This document shows positions 41,310 to 51,513 of a stretch of 64,000 nt of DNA, piece by piece. This DNA is from Promethearchaeota archaeon (GTDB lineage: Archaea > Asgardarchaeota > Lokiarchaeia > Sigyniarchaeales > SOKP01): contig JAHPZE010000005.1 in the NCBI GenBank assembly GCA_019058365.1, forward strand, positions 1-64,000, written 5' to 3'. Under the pieces are notes generated by a model, which saw nothing but the letters and a program-made list of their open reading frames with translations, ran no database searches and was not told where the DNA came from. Position numbers and translations under genes: made by a program. Numbering within the stretch: the first letter of the stretch is position 1; each line of letters opens with the position of its first letter.

Positions 41310-42125
41310 TTAGGATCTTGAAATGTAATATCTAAATTTTCCACTATCATCGTCAATTTGCCATGCTTCAAAAAAATCAAAAGCTTTCTTAGTATGCCAT
41401 AGATTCTCTATATTTTCAATACCATTGTAAAGATCTGTTAAAAGAGTTTTATCACATGGATATTTTCTATGTGAAGGATATAATTCAAGATCTTTTTGCT
41501 TTTCACATAAATCTATCAATTTAGAAAGAGTTTCAAGAACTTCTGAAAAACTTTCTCTTTTAGGTAGGAACTGATCTCCGTAATAAGCAACATCACTTGT
41601 AAAAAGTTCGCTTGTAGATGTCAACAAACATATAGAGCCAGGAGAATGTCCAGGACAGTGAATAACTTTTACCTCTATTTCTCCTAAATCAAATACATCT
41701 CCATCTTTTAAAGGCTTAATTACTTTTGCTGGAGGGATTAAAAAATTTTGGTCTTCATATACCTTTACAATTTCATTAGGAGAATCTTTAAAGAATGAAA
41801 CATCATAGGGTTTCGAGACTTTATCAACCTCATTTTCATGAATGTAGACCTCTTCAAATTCCACATTACCTAAAGGATGATCCCAATGATAATGAGTATT
41901 GAAAACTAAAAGACTTCTTTCACCTATCAAACCATCTACTATTGGTTTAAGTGGATAGAGTCCACAGCCCGTATCAAGTAAAAGAGCAGTATGAGTTCCT
42001 AAAAGTAAATACATATTGAGAGGATCATTTGTATAAACCGGATGAACCAAGGATATATTTTCATTTATAACAAATAAATAATCCTTACGTTTTGAAATTT
42101 CAAAATGTTGGTTATTGCTACTCAT
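41310..42125 (-). CDS. Metallo-beta-lactamase-fold hydrolase
   Basis: DTG, THYHWDH, PGHSPGS, SD and PSH. Confidence 0.9.
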   Translation of the reverse strand: MSSNNQHFEISKRKDYLFVINENISLVHPVYTNDPLNMYLLLGTHTALLLDTGCGLYPLKPIVDGLIGERSLLVFNTHYHWDHPLGNVEFEEVYIHENEVDKVSKPYDVSFFKDSPNEIVKVYEDQNFLIPPAKVIKPLKDGDVFDLGEIEVKVIHCPGHSPGSICLLTSTSELFTSDVAYYGDQFLPKRESFSEVLETLSKLIDLCEKQKDLELYPSHRKYPCDKTLLTDLYNGIENIENLWHTKKAFDFFEAWQIDDDSGKFRYYISRS

Positions 42126-42292
42126 ATTTTAATTAATGTTTATATTGGATTTAATATTAATTGCCAAATTACCTTTTGAAAAGATTGACATAATTGGAAA
42201 AACACTAAAAAACTATATTAAGTATTTCATTGAACATTGATTATACAAAAAAATAAAGAAGTTCTAAAAAAAAAAAACATAAGTGACTAATT

Positions 42293-43018
42293 ATGGTCTT
42301 AAATTTATTGGAGATATTGCATGGAACTCTTACTATAGTATTCGTTGTTATTTCAATCTTTATTGGATTAAGAATTATATCAAGATATTTTGTACTAAAA
42401 AAAAATCAATTTCTTTTATTTGGAATATTCTGGATTGGGATGACAACTCCTTGGTGGCCAAATATAATTAGTTTTATAATGGTATTAGTAACGGGTGGAA
42501 CAATTGATATTGAAATTTATGTGGTATTGGGTATAGCTTTTTTGCCAATAACAATTACTTTAGGATTAATTGCTTTTTTAAAAGTTTTACCATTAACTAA
42601 GAAAAACAAGAAGGTCTTTTTTGCTATAGATCTCTGTGCAAATATTGCTTATGAAGTCTACTTTTTTATCTTTCTCTTTGTAGATTTATCTGCTATTGCA
42701 TCTTACGAGGGCCTATTTATTCTTAAATGGTCAATACTAAGTCAAATATACTTTATATTTAGTTTAATAGTATTCTTATTAGTGGGAATACCATTTTCAA
42801 GAGTTTCATTACATTCAGAAGATCCTGAAATACATATAAAGGGTAAATTTCTATTATTTGCTTTTATCTCTTTTGCAACTGGTACCGTATTAGACTTTGC
42901 ATTATCTTCACCGATAACATATCTTATTGCCAGGTTAATTTTACTTTCAAGTTCACTTGAATTTTATATTGGATTAATTCTACCTAAATGGGTAAAGAAG
43001 ATTTTAAAAATGGGATGA
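42293..43018 (+). CDS. Hypothetical 7-TM membrane protein
   Basis: About seven hydrophobic segments and a C-terminal P.W.K motif. Confidence 0.75.
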   Translation: MVLNLLEILHGTLTIVFVVISIFIGLRIISRYFVLKKNQFLLFGIFWIGMTTPWWPNIISFIMVLVTGGTIDIEIYVVLGIAFLPITITLGLIAFLKVLPLTKKNKKVFFAIDLCANIAYEVYFFIFLFVDLSAIASYEGLFILKWSILSQIYFIFSLIVFLLVGIPFSRVSLHSEDPEIHIKGKFLLFAFISFATGTVLDFALSSPITYLIARLILLSSSLEFYIGLILPKWVKKILKMG

Positions 43019-43196
43019 CTTATTTAGGAATACTAACGTTAATTTTTTGATTCCTTTTTTGAAAAAATTAGATGTTTAATTTAAGCTCCTAACGAGTTAG
43101 AATTAAAATGAAACTATTTAAAATTTCATTTATTTACTTTATTTAATATTTAGCTGAGTAAATTTTGGGAACATTAAAATTATATTATAGATAAGA

Positions 43197-44759
43197 ATGA
43201 TGAAGCTACAAAATTTTAACCAATCTTATGATGTAGTTGTTATAGGCGCGGGAAATGGTGGATTAACAGCAGCTACCCAATTAGCTATAAGTGGTAAGAA
43301 AGTAATATTATTTGAACAACATAATTTACCAGGTGGTTTTGCTACCAGTTTTATAAGGGGTCGATTTGAATTCGAAGCTACACTTCACGAATTATGTGAT
43401 TATGGTCCCGCAACAAATAAGGGAAGTATTAGAAAATTATTTGAAGATAATTTTGGCTTAAATTTAGATTTTGTTGAAATTCCTGAAGCTTTTAGATTAA
43501 TTGTTACAAATCCTAATGAAAAATTAGATCTTGTTGTGCCATTTGGAGTAGAAAACTTTATTAATACTTTAGAAAAAGAAGTACCCGGATCCACCGAATC
43601 AATAAGAACTTATATTCAACTATGTGATGAGATTGTAAATGCTATCAAATATATAACAGAATCTGAGGGAAATCCCGATAAAAAAGTTTTAATCAAGAAC
43701 TTCAAGAATTTTCTAAAGGTAACACCATACACTCTAGATCAGGTAAATAATGCCTTAAAAATACCTAAGAGAGCACAAAATATACTAAATGCTTATTGGT
43801 GTTATATAGCAATACCTACGAGCAGGATAAACTTTTCTTTTTATGCTGCCATGCATTACTATTTTTTAATCCGGAAAGCTTACTTTCCAAAATATCGATC
43901 TCACGGATTTACTTCCGCATTAGAATCTAAAATTAGAGAAATGGGAGGAAACGTTCAATATAATACAAAAGTAGAAAAAATTTTAGTAGAAAAAGGTAAA
44001 GTGATTGGAGTTGAGACATCTAAAGGTGATAAAATTCAAACTAGCCATGTAATTTCAAATGCTTCACCTACTCTAATATATAATAATTTAATATATCCTA
44101 AGAAAGAAGTACCTGAAATAGCATATAAAAATGTTAATGCGAGAAAGCATGCTATAAGTTGTTTTGTAGTATATTTAGGTTTGGATAAATCAGCAGAAGA
44201 ATTAGGAATTATTAATTACAGCTACCATATTTACGATACTTTTAATACAGAAGAAATTTATGAATCCTTTAAAACTCTTAATCCTCCAAAAGCTCAAGCA
44301 ACAGTATGTTTAAATAATATTATTCCAGATTGTTCTCCTAACGGAACCTGTATGTTAACAATCACAGCTTTCTTTTTACCTGAAGCTTGGAAAGATGTAA
44401 CCGCTAGGGATTATTTTAAGTTGAAAAGTAAAATAGCAAGTGATTTAATTGATACATTTGAAAAAGCAACTGGAACATCTATCAAAAATCATATAGAAGA
44501 ACTTGAAATTGCTACACCTCAAACTCTTACTCGATATACAGGTACTTATTATGGCTCTGCTTACGGTTATGAAACTGACCCATGGGATTCATTCATGCCA
44601 AGATTAATGGCTATGGGTGATGAAAAATATATTGAGGGGCTAGAAATATGCGGAGGGTTTTCTGCAAATTGTCAAAGTTATACTAATGCATTACTCTCCG
44701 GTCAAATAGCAGCATTTTTAACTATTTTAGATTTAGAAAAGAGGGAGGGAAGTTTGTAA
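43197..44759 (+). CDS. Phytoene dehydrogenase-like FAD-dependent oxidoreductase
   Basis: VIGAGNGGL, EQHNLPGGFATSF.RGRFEFE and ATPQT..RYT...GS.YG. Confidence 0.85.
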   Translation: MMKLQNFNQSYDVVVIGAGNGGLTAATQLAISGKKVILFEQHNLPGGFATSFIRGRFEFEATLHELCDYGPATNKGSIRKLFEDNFGLNLDFVEIPEAFRLIVTNPNEKLDLVVPFGVENFINTLEKEVPGSTESIRTYIQLCDEIVNAIKYITESEGNPDKKVLIKNFKNFLKVTPYTLDQVNNALKIPKRAQNILNAYWCYIAIPTSRINFSFYAAMHYYFLIRKAYFPKYRSHGFTSALESKIREMGGNVQYNTKVEKILVEKGKVIGVETSKGDKIQTSHVISNASPTLIYNNLIYPKKEVPEIAYKNVNARKHAISCFVVYLGLDKSAEELGIINYSYHIYDTFNTEEIYESFKTLNPPKAQATVCLNNIIPDCSPNGTCMLTITAFFLPEAWKDVTARDYFKLKSKIASDLIDTFEKATGTSIKNHIEELEIATPQTLTRYTGTYYGSAYGYETDPWDSFMPRLMAMGDEKYIEGLEICGGFSANCQSYTNALLSGQIAAFLTILDLEKREGSL

Positions 44760-45991
44760 TGAAAGATGATAAAGATAAAAAACTTAGTGTAAGTGTGAAA
44801 GGAAATATAAGGGATTTATTAGCATTTAAAAATTTAGTGTCTGAAAGAAAGAAAAAAATTGAAAAAGCATCTAATAAACCAATTGAATATGATCCTATCT
44901 ATCAACTTGTTCAAAATCTCCATCCAAAAAAACAACATATGATTATAAATAAAATTATTGATGAAACAAAATCAACAAGAACCTTCAGATTAATACCAGA
45001 TCCTGATTCGGAAACAGAAACATTGGCGTATTTTAGAGCGGGTCAATATTTAAGCTTGAAAGTTCAAGTTAATGGTGTATCCATAACAAGACCATATTCT
45101 TTATCTTCTTCTCCTACAGATGCGTTGAAAGGATTTTATGAAATTACTATACGTAAAGAAGAGCACGGGTTTTTAACAAATTACATTTGGGATAATTGGA
45201 ATGTTGGAACTAAGGTCGAGAGTTCTGGGCCTGAGGGGCATTTGTATTATGAATCACTTCGGGATTTAGGTCATATTGTAGGAATTGCAGGAGGGACTGG
45301 AATTAATCCCTTTCGTTCAATTGCTAGGGAGATTACTGAAGGAAATTTAAATACTAAATTAACTTTACTATATGGAAGTAGTAATGAGGATGATATTCTT
45401 TTTTATAATGAGTTTAAACAACTGGAAGAAAAACATCCAGATAACATTAAAACAGTTTTTGTCTTGAGCTGTGATGAAATTACATTAGAAGAATGCGAAA
45501 AAGGATTTATAACGGCTGATATAATTAAAAAATACGTTGATGCAAATCAGTGTTCATTTTTTATCTGTGGTCCACAGGAAATGTATAAGTTTATTGAAAA
45601 AGAATTGCAAATGCTCAAAATTCCACTTAAAAGAATTCGAAGAGAAGTGTTTGGTGAAATTAAAGATATTATAAATTACTCTGGTTTTCCATATGAAATT
45701 GCTGAAAAAGTCTTCAAAATAAGAGTACAGATTGGTAATTTAGTTAAAGAAATACCAGGAAAAGCAACAGAATCTATTCTTGTTGCTATTGAAAGAGCTA
45801 ATTTAGCACCACCATCAAAATGTCGATCTGGTGAGTGCGGATTTTGTCGTTCTGTACTTCTTTCTGGGCATATTTATGTTAGTCCTATAAATGATTCGAG
45901 AAGAAACGCTGATAAGTTATTTAACTATTTCCATCCTTGCTCATCTTATCCGATATCTGATCTTGAGATTGAAGTTCCAAGAAAATTATAA
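44759..45991 (+). CDS. Ferredoxin-NAD(P) reductase with C-terminal 2Fe-2S domain (PaaE/Hcr-like)
   Basis: RPYSLSS, AGGTGINP, ICGP, CRSGECGFC and HPC. Coupled to the upstream gene by a TAATG overlap. Confidence 0.9.
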   Translation: MKDDKDKKLSVSVKGNIRDLLAFKNLVSERKKKIEKASNKPIEYDPIYQLVQNLHPKKQHMIINKIIDETKSTRTFRLIPDPDSETETLAYFRAGQYLSLKVQVNGVSITRPYSLSSSPTDALKGFYEITIRKEEHGFLTNYIWDNWNVGTKVESSGPEGHLYYESLRDLGHIVGIAGGTGINPFRSIAREITEGNLNTKLTLLYGSSNEDDILFYNEFKQLEEKHPDNIKTVFVLSCDEITLEECEKGFITADIIKKYVDANQCSFFICGPQEMYKFIEKELQMLKIPLKRIRREVFGEIKDIINYSGFPYEIAEKVFKIRVQIGNLVKEIPGKATESILVAIERANLAPPSKCRSGECGFCRSVLLSGHIYVSPINDSRRNADKLFNYFHPCSSYPISDLEIEVPRKL

Positions 45992-46025
45992 GAATTGTAA
46001 GAAATTAAAGGAAAAAAGTGTTAAT

Positions 46026-47291
46026 CTATTTCCGATAGTCTACCCGAGGGAGTTTATTAATTGGGTAAGGTAAATAAGCGTCATCAGGAATCGGATCGAT
46101 ATAAAAGTGTCGGAAGTTTTTGTCTTGCATTCGGCAGAATGGACTTCGGTGATTGTAAGCTGGATGTTTAACCATTCGCATCCAAATCTTTTTCAAGGAT
46201 TCATTATGTATATTTCCAAAAGAAAGTGGTGAGAAATCACAGGGAGAAATATCTCCGTAAGCAGAAGCGTAAAATTGAATATTTGCTGCTAGACATCCTA
46301 TCCCAGAAAGATATGCTTCCACAGAATTCTGCCATGATTGAGATGATAGAGGAGGTACAACCTTTTTCCTAAAAGCCTCAGCAGAATAATTATGAAGTTC
46401 TTCTCGTAAATTAAATGTTAACATTTCACTTGTATCATGCAACATTTTTCCGGTAGGTACACAATCAAAATAGATTATATTTTTTAGACCAAGATCCATA
46501 GCTAATTTGTGCAGTTTCTTATATACTCCTTTTTCTGTTCCAGAACGAGTTGCATAACCGGAAAATCCTGCAAAAATCCCCTTTGATTGTATTCTCTTAA
46601 TTCCTTCTAAAGCAGTCTCAAAAAGACCTGGCATACCTCTTAATTTGTTATGTTCTTCAGCATCAGGTGAATCTATACTCAAGAATAACGAATAGAGACC
46701 AGCATCAGCTAGTTTATTCACATTTTCTTCTGTAAGGAATTGTCCATTAGTGAACATGACCGGCATAGCTTTTTTTTTATCTACATAAGAAATAAGCTCG
46801 AAAAGATCTTCACGTAATAAAGGTTCTCCTCCAGTAAATGCAATAATAGTTACTCCTAATTTCTGAGCATCGTCAATTAACTTTTTTGCCTCTTCTGTAG
46901 ATAATTCTTTCTGTTCTGTTTTGAGATGCCTTCCAGCACTACAATGAACGCAATTACATTGGCATTTATAGGTTACAGCAAATGTCATCGCAATTGGAAA
47001 TGGATATGGCATTAATTGAGACTTTATTAGTCCTTTCAAAGCACGTATCATCGGTCGACTTCCAACGGGTGGAGCAAAAGTATTTGAGACTATTTTTCCT
47101 TTCCATCTTCCAACTTCCATATTTTTATAAAAATTAGCTTGTAAGAGAATCATGAAAATTAGTCGGTAAATACTTAACTTATCAAGAAGTGGATTGAGAA
47201 TCCCTGAACCTACGACTTGACCATTCTCAAGCTTTTTATAACTTATGAGATTTCTCCCAAAGAGTTTTAAAAAAACTTGTTCAATTTCCAT
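46026..47291 (-). CDS. Radical SAM protein with SPASM/twitch domain
   Basis: CQCNCVHC, TGGEP, GCLA....GDISPC and C-terminal Cys. Confidence 0.9.
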   Translation of the reverse strand: MEIEQVFLKLFGRNLISYKKLENGQVVGSGILNPLLDKLSIYRLIFMILLQANFYKNMEVGRWKGKIVSNTFAPPVGSRPMIRALKGLIKSQLMPYPFPIAMTFAVTYKCQCNCVHCSAGRHLKTEQKELSTEEAKKLIDDAQKLGVTIIAFTGGEPLLREDLFELISYVDKKKAMPVMFTNGQFLTEENVNKLADAGLYSLFLSIDSPDAEEHNKLRGMPGLFETALEGIKRIQSKGIFAGFSGYATRSGTEKGVYKKLHKLAMDLGLKNIIYFDCVPTGKMLHDTSEMLTFNLREELHNYSAEAFRKKVVPPLSSQSWQNSVEAYLSGIGCLAANIQFYASAYGDISPCDFSPLSFGNIHNESLKKIWMRMVKHPAYNHRSPFCRMQDKNFRHFYIDPIPDDAYLPYPINKLPRVDYRK

Positions 47292-47320
47292 AGTTGTTTT
47301 TTTCCATAAAGTTATTTTAA

Positions 47321-47361
47321 TTAATAAATTAAATAATTAATAAATTAAATAATTAATAAAT
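47321..47361. repeat. 16-nt tandem repeat (TTAATAAATTAAATAA, about 2.5 copies) in the divergent promoter region
   Basis: Exact copies at 47321-47336 and 47337-47352, plus a partial third. Confidence 0.6.
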
Positions 47362-47618
47362 AGAGTTTTAAACCAAAACTTAGTTGACTTTTTTTTTTTA
47401 AAAACCCATTTATTTAATTAGCTAATTTCTAGTTTAAGCGCAAAACTATTTAAAAATTATGTAAAAAAAAAAAAATTTGCCTTTTTAATAATGTAAAAAA
47501 AATGGGCATTATCCAATTTCTCACTCTGATATAAATTTAATAAAATATAATTATGATTATTAACTAATTTTTTAATACAGTTTATTTAAAAAACAGAAAA
47601 TAATTTGTTGATTTTATT

Positions 47619-48803
47619 ATGGATTTTTCCTTAACTGAAAAGCAAAAAATGTTAAAAAAAATAACGAGAGATTTTGCTGAGGAATATATTATACCTGTAG
47701 CAAAGGAAAGCGATGAAAAACAAGAATTAAATGAGACTACATTCAAAAAAATGCAAGAAATGAATTTTTTTGGAGGATGTCTTCCAGAAGAATATGGAGG
47801 AGCAGGGCTTCACAATGATACAATAGGCTTTAGCATTATTATTGAAGAAATTGGTCGTGCTGATGCGGCATGGGGAATTGTCATTGCTGTGCATAATGGA
47901 GTTGCAGCATACCCTATTTATAAATTTGGAACTGAAGACCAAAAACAAAGATTTTTAGAAGATCTTGCGAAAGGTAACAAAGTAGGAGCTTTTTGTTTAA
48001 CCGAAGCGAATGCAGGTTCTGATGCGGGAGGAGTTCAATTAACCGCAGTTAAAGATGGAGATGAATATATTTTGAATGGTACTAAAATATTTGCCACATC
48101 TGGAGGTATTGCTAAAACATTGTTAGTTGTAGCTAAAACAGGAGAAAAAGACAGTAGAAGACAGATGACTGTATTTATTGTAGATGGAGATACCCCTGGT
48201 TATTCTGTTGGAGTAAAAGAGGATAAATTAGGTGTAAGAGCTTCAAATACTTCAGAACTTGTATTCGAAGATGTACGAGTACCCCAAGAAAATATTTTAG
48301 GAAAAGATGGAGAAGGTTTTAAGATGGCAATGAAAATCTTAGATTTTGGAAGGATAGGCATTGCTGCTCAATGTGTGGGTCTAGGGCAAGCTGCATTAGA
48401 GGCTTCAGTTAAATATTCAAATGAAAGAGTCCAATTTGGAAAACCTATAGGGAGATTTCAGGGAGTACAATGGAAGATAGCGGATATGGCATGTGCTGTG
48501 GAGTCAGCTCGTTTATTCACATATAAAGCAGCTTATTTACATGATAAGGGAGAAGATTTTGGAATGGCTAGTTCAATGGCAAAATTAGTAGCCTCTGAAG
48601 CTGCAATGCAAGCAGCTCATGGAGCTGTTCAAATCCATGGAGGTTATGGTCTAATGAAAGCATATCCCGTAGAAAGATATTTCCGAGATGCCAAGATGGG
48701 TGATTATACAGCTATCTCAGCTGTGTAGCCAAAAATTTATGAGGGCACCTCTGAAATTCAAAGACTAGTAATTGCGGGAAATTTATTAAGAAAAGGTTTC
48801 TAA
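47619..48803 (+). CDS. Acyl-CoA dehydrogenase (butyryl-CoA DH-like), split: join(47619..48703,48734..48803), 384 aa if spliced
   Basis: FCLTEANAGSD, NGTKIF, GRIGIAAQ, RVQFGKPI, QIHGGYG and ERYFRDAK. The missing IYEGTSEIQRLVIAGNLL continues in frame after a 30-nt insert. Confidence 0.93.
48704..48733 (+). other. Putative 30-nt bulge-helix-bulge micro-intron in mRNA
   Basis: Inner 9-bp hairpin 48705-48713/48719-48727. Bulges GA|T (48702-04) and AA|A (48732-34). Central GGGT/GCCA with one G-A mismatch. Outer AGAT/ATTT. Excision regenerates GAA (Glu) and removes the TAG. Confidence 0.75.
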
Positions 48804-48821
48804 TATTAAACCTTTTTTTTT
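48791..48821 (+). terminator. Hairpin plus U-tract at the true end of the acyl-CoA dehydrogenase gene
   Basis: AAAAGGTTT...AAACCTTTT inverted repeat running into a T tract, spanning the TAA at 48801-48803. Confidence 0.55.
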
Positions 48822-49118
48822 CTTATTTATTAATTTGTATATAAAGTTCAATTTTTAGAGAACAAGATTTAGAAAATTGGAGGGCCTTTTTAAAGAATAA
48901 TTTATATGAAAATATAACTTTGAGCATAAATGAGAAATCATTAATCATTGAGACTATCAAGAAAGATAAGCTCGATAAGGATGATAAAAAACAACTTATC
49001 TATATTAAGCAAACTTCCAACAGAAGACTTGATTTCTTTATTAGGAAATGATTTTAAACACCACATACAAAAATAAATTAAATGGGGTTGGAATTTTGAT
49101 TCAGCGGTTAAGAAACTA

Positions 49119-50567
49119 ATGATACAAAATTTTTTAAATACTACAGATCTAATTTCAAATTTAGGCGAAAATGATTTAACTTCAGAATTAATCGGAATTT
49201 TGCTAGGAGATGGTAATTTGTTTTCTAAAAATTATCAAAATCAATTAGATATATCATTAAATCGCATAGATGACCCAAAATACGTATCTTATGTAAAAAA
49301 TTTAATGGAAACACTACTTAATACAGAAATTAAGATAAGCAAACAAAAAGGGAAAGCGATTAGTCTAAGAGTATATAGTAAATTAATTATTAAAACTCTA
49401 GTAAATTTAGGATTAAAAGTTGGAAATAAAGTAAAAAATCAAGTGGGAACTCCTGATTTTATATTTAAAAATATATCTTTCATTATTAGGTGTTTAAAAG
49501 GCTTATTTGATACTGATGGGAGCATAAATGTAGATAATAAAAGAGATATACGATTATCATTTCAAAATTGCTCTAAAACATTAGTAGAGGATTTCTATAG
49601 AATGTGTCTAGCATTAGATATAATCCCATCACCAACAATTAGATATGATGAAAAAAGAGTTGCTTGGAGGGTTGATGTTGCAAAGAAAGATTCTATTTTA
49701 AAATTTTTCCAAATCATCAAACCTGAGAAATTAAAAGAACCCTTTAGGCGAATTTGGATCGCTTCAAAATTAATTTACCTAAATTCTTCTGAAGCTGAGC
49801 AACAAAGAATACGTAATAAAATAAAAATATGGATAAAGCAAAATAACAAAAAAATATTTAAATATTCAAAGAAAAATGCCTTTTTTTTAAAAGATACGTG
49901 CGAAAAGACATTAGGTATTACTATAGATAATGATTTAATCAACAAAACTATTTCAAAGGTCTTAGATCTCGAGAAATATATGTATGATGAATCTAGAGCT
50001 GAACATTTAAAGGTTTTATATGAAAAACTTAGGTCTACACTTAGAATTGTTGAATATTTAATAGATCAAGGAGAAGTTAACATACCACATAGACAGACAA
50101 TTATAGCACATCTAAAAAAATATTTTAAAGAAAAAAATCTTGATTATCAGAAATGGCTAAATGAGAATCCGAAAATGAGGATTGGAATAAATGAGGATAA
50201 TCAGATCCATGTCTTTCCAAATGAGCTACGTAATATTCTTAATGAAATAATTTGTAGAATCTTAATAAAATATAAAAATAAAATTTCTGAGACTAAAATT
50301 ATTAAGTTGTTAAAAGAAGAATTTGAAAATCAAGATTTAATCATAATGAATTGGTTACTTAACAGTACTAAATATAATAAGCCAACTTATCAATATTTAA
50401 ATAATTTAATCTTCCTTAATAAGAAATTGATTGAAAATTATATTAATAAAGAAAAAACAAATATTACATTATTATCAAAAGATCCATTTGTCCCATTTGA
50501 TAGAAGAACAATAACATTAATGGTTGATCATTTAATTAAGATTGGAATTTTAAAACATGATGAATAA
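49119..50567 (+). mobile_element. Free-standing double-motif LAGLIDADG homing endonuclease gene with long C-terminal extension
   Basis: ELIGILLGDG and CLKGLFDTDG motifs, plus intein-type L..LGL..G.K and ..F.N.S..L blocks. No intein splicing termini. Inserted between acd and etfB. Confidence 0.88.
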
Positions 50568-50693
50568 CAATAATTTAATTTTTTCTCAATTTTTTATTTT
50601 GTTATCGGAAAATTTATTTTTTTAAAAATTTTTATTCCTTTTAAAACAAATTATATGATTTTTGAGTTGAGGTAATAAGGTAGTGATTTCGGA

Positions 50694-51500
50694 TTGAAAG
50701 TTTTTGTGTGTATTAAACAAGTACCAGGGGTTTCAGAAGTAAAAATCGACCCAAACACTAATACACTTGTAAGAGAAGGTGTCCTATCAATACTTAATCC
50801 GAATGATCGAAATGCTCTTGAATTAGCTTTAATACTTAAGGAAAAACAAAGTTCAGAAGTTATAGCATTAAGCATGGGCCCCCCTCAAGCAGAAGAAATA
50901 TTACGCGAAGCTTTAGCAATGGGAGTAGATAGAGGGGTTTTATTAAGCGATAAAGCTTTTGCTGGGGCAGATACTTTAGCTACATCACACACTCTTGCTT
51001 TAGCAATTAAAAAGATATTAAAAGAATCTAATTCAGAAGAAAAATACATTATAATCTGCGGTGCTCAGGCGATAGATGGAGATACTGGTCAAGTACCACC
51101 AGAATTAGCAGAAGAATTGGGAATTCCGCAAATAACTTATGTTCAGAATGTTGAATTAAGTGAAGATAAAATTATCGCAGAGAGAAAATTTAGAGCTACT
51201 GAGATTGTCATTATTGAAACTAATTTACCTGCATTAATTTCAGTATTAACCGATATAAATAAACCTAGATATCCTAGTATGTCGGGAATTATGAAAGCCT
51301 ATGAAAAAGCAAATGTAATATATTTAGATTCAAATGCAATAAATGCAGATAAATCTAAAATTGGCTTAAATGGTTCTATGACTGAAGTCAGGAAAATTTT
51401 CATTCCTAAAAGAAAGGTAAACCCAATCATGTTAGAAGGGTCCACTGAAGAAGTTGTTCAAAATTTATGTCAACATTTAAAAGAGGATAAAATTTTTTAA
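50694..51500 (+). CDS. etfB: Electron transfer flavoprotein beta subunit
   Basis: VCIKQVP, NPND..ALE, SMGPP, AGADTLAT and QAIDGDTGQV. Confidence 0.96.
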   Translation: MKVFVCIKQVPGVSEVKIDPNTNTLVREGVLSILNPNDRNALELALILKEKQSSEVIALSMGPPQAEEILREALAMGVDRGVLLSDKAFAGADTLATSHTLALAIKKILKESNSEEKYIIICGAQAIDGDTGQVPPELAEELGIPQITYVQNVELSEDKIIAERKFRATEIVIIETNLPALISVLTDINKPRYPSMSGIMKAYEKANVIYLDSNAINADKSKIGLNGSMTEVRKIFIPKRKVNPIMLEGSTEEVVQNLCQHLKEDKIF

Positions 51501-51513
51501 GAGGATTATTCAT

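Noticed and set aside
47321-47480. AT-rich repeats and homopolymer runs as a CRISPR array or replication origin
   Set aside because: There are no spacers, only about 2.5 low-complexity copies, and no cas or cdc6 nearby.
48726-48728. Pyrrolysine or amber read-through of the in-frame TAG in acd
   Set aside because: Read-through would insert 10 residues immediately before the catalytic motif. TAG also serves as an ordinary stop for several intact genes here (e.g. etfA at 52711-52713), and no pyl genes are in the window.
48704-48733. MITE or IS footprint
   Set aside because: No target-site duplication or second copy was seen, and the BHB geometry restoring the exact codon is a better fit. Not fully excluded.
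49119-50567. Intein or endonuclease-encoding large intron spanning the LAGLIDADG ORF
   Set aside because: There are no Cys/Ser start or His-Asn end splicing blocks. acd ends before it and etfB is intact after it, so the ORF is free-standing.
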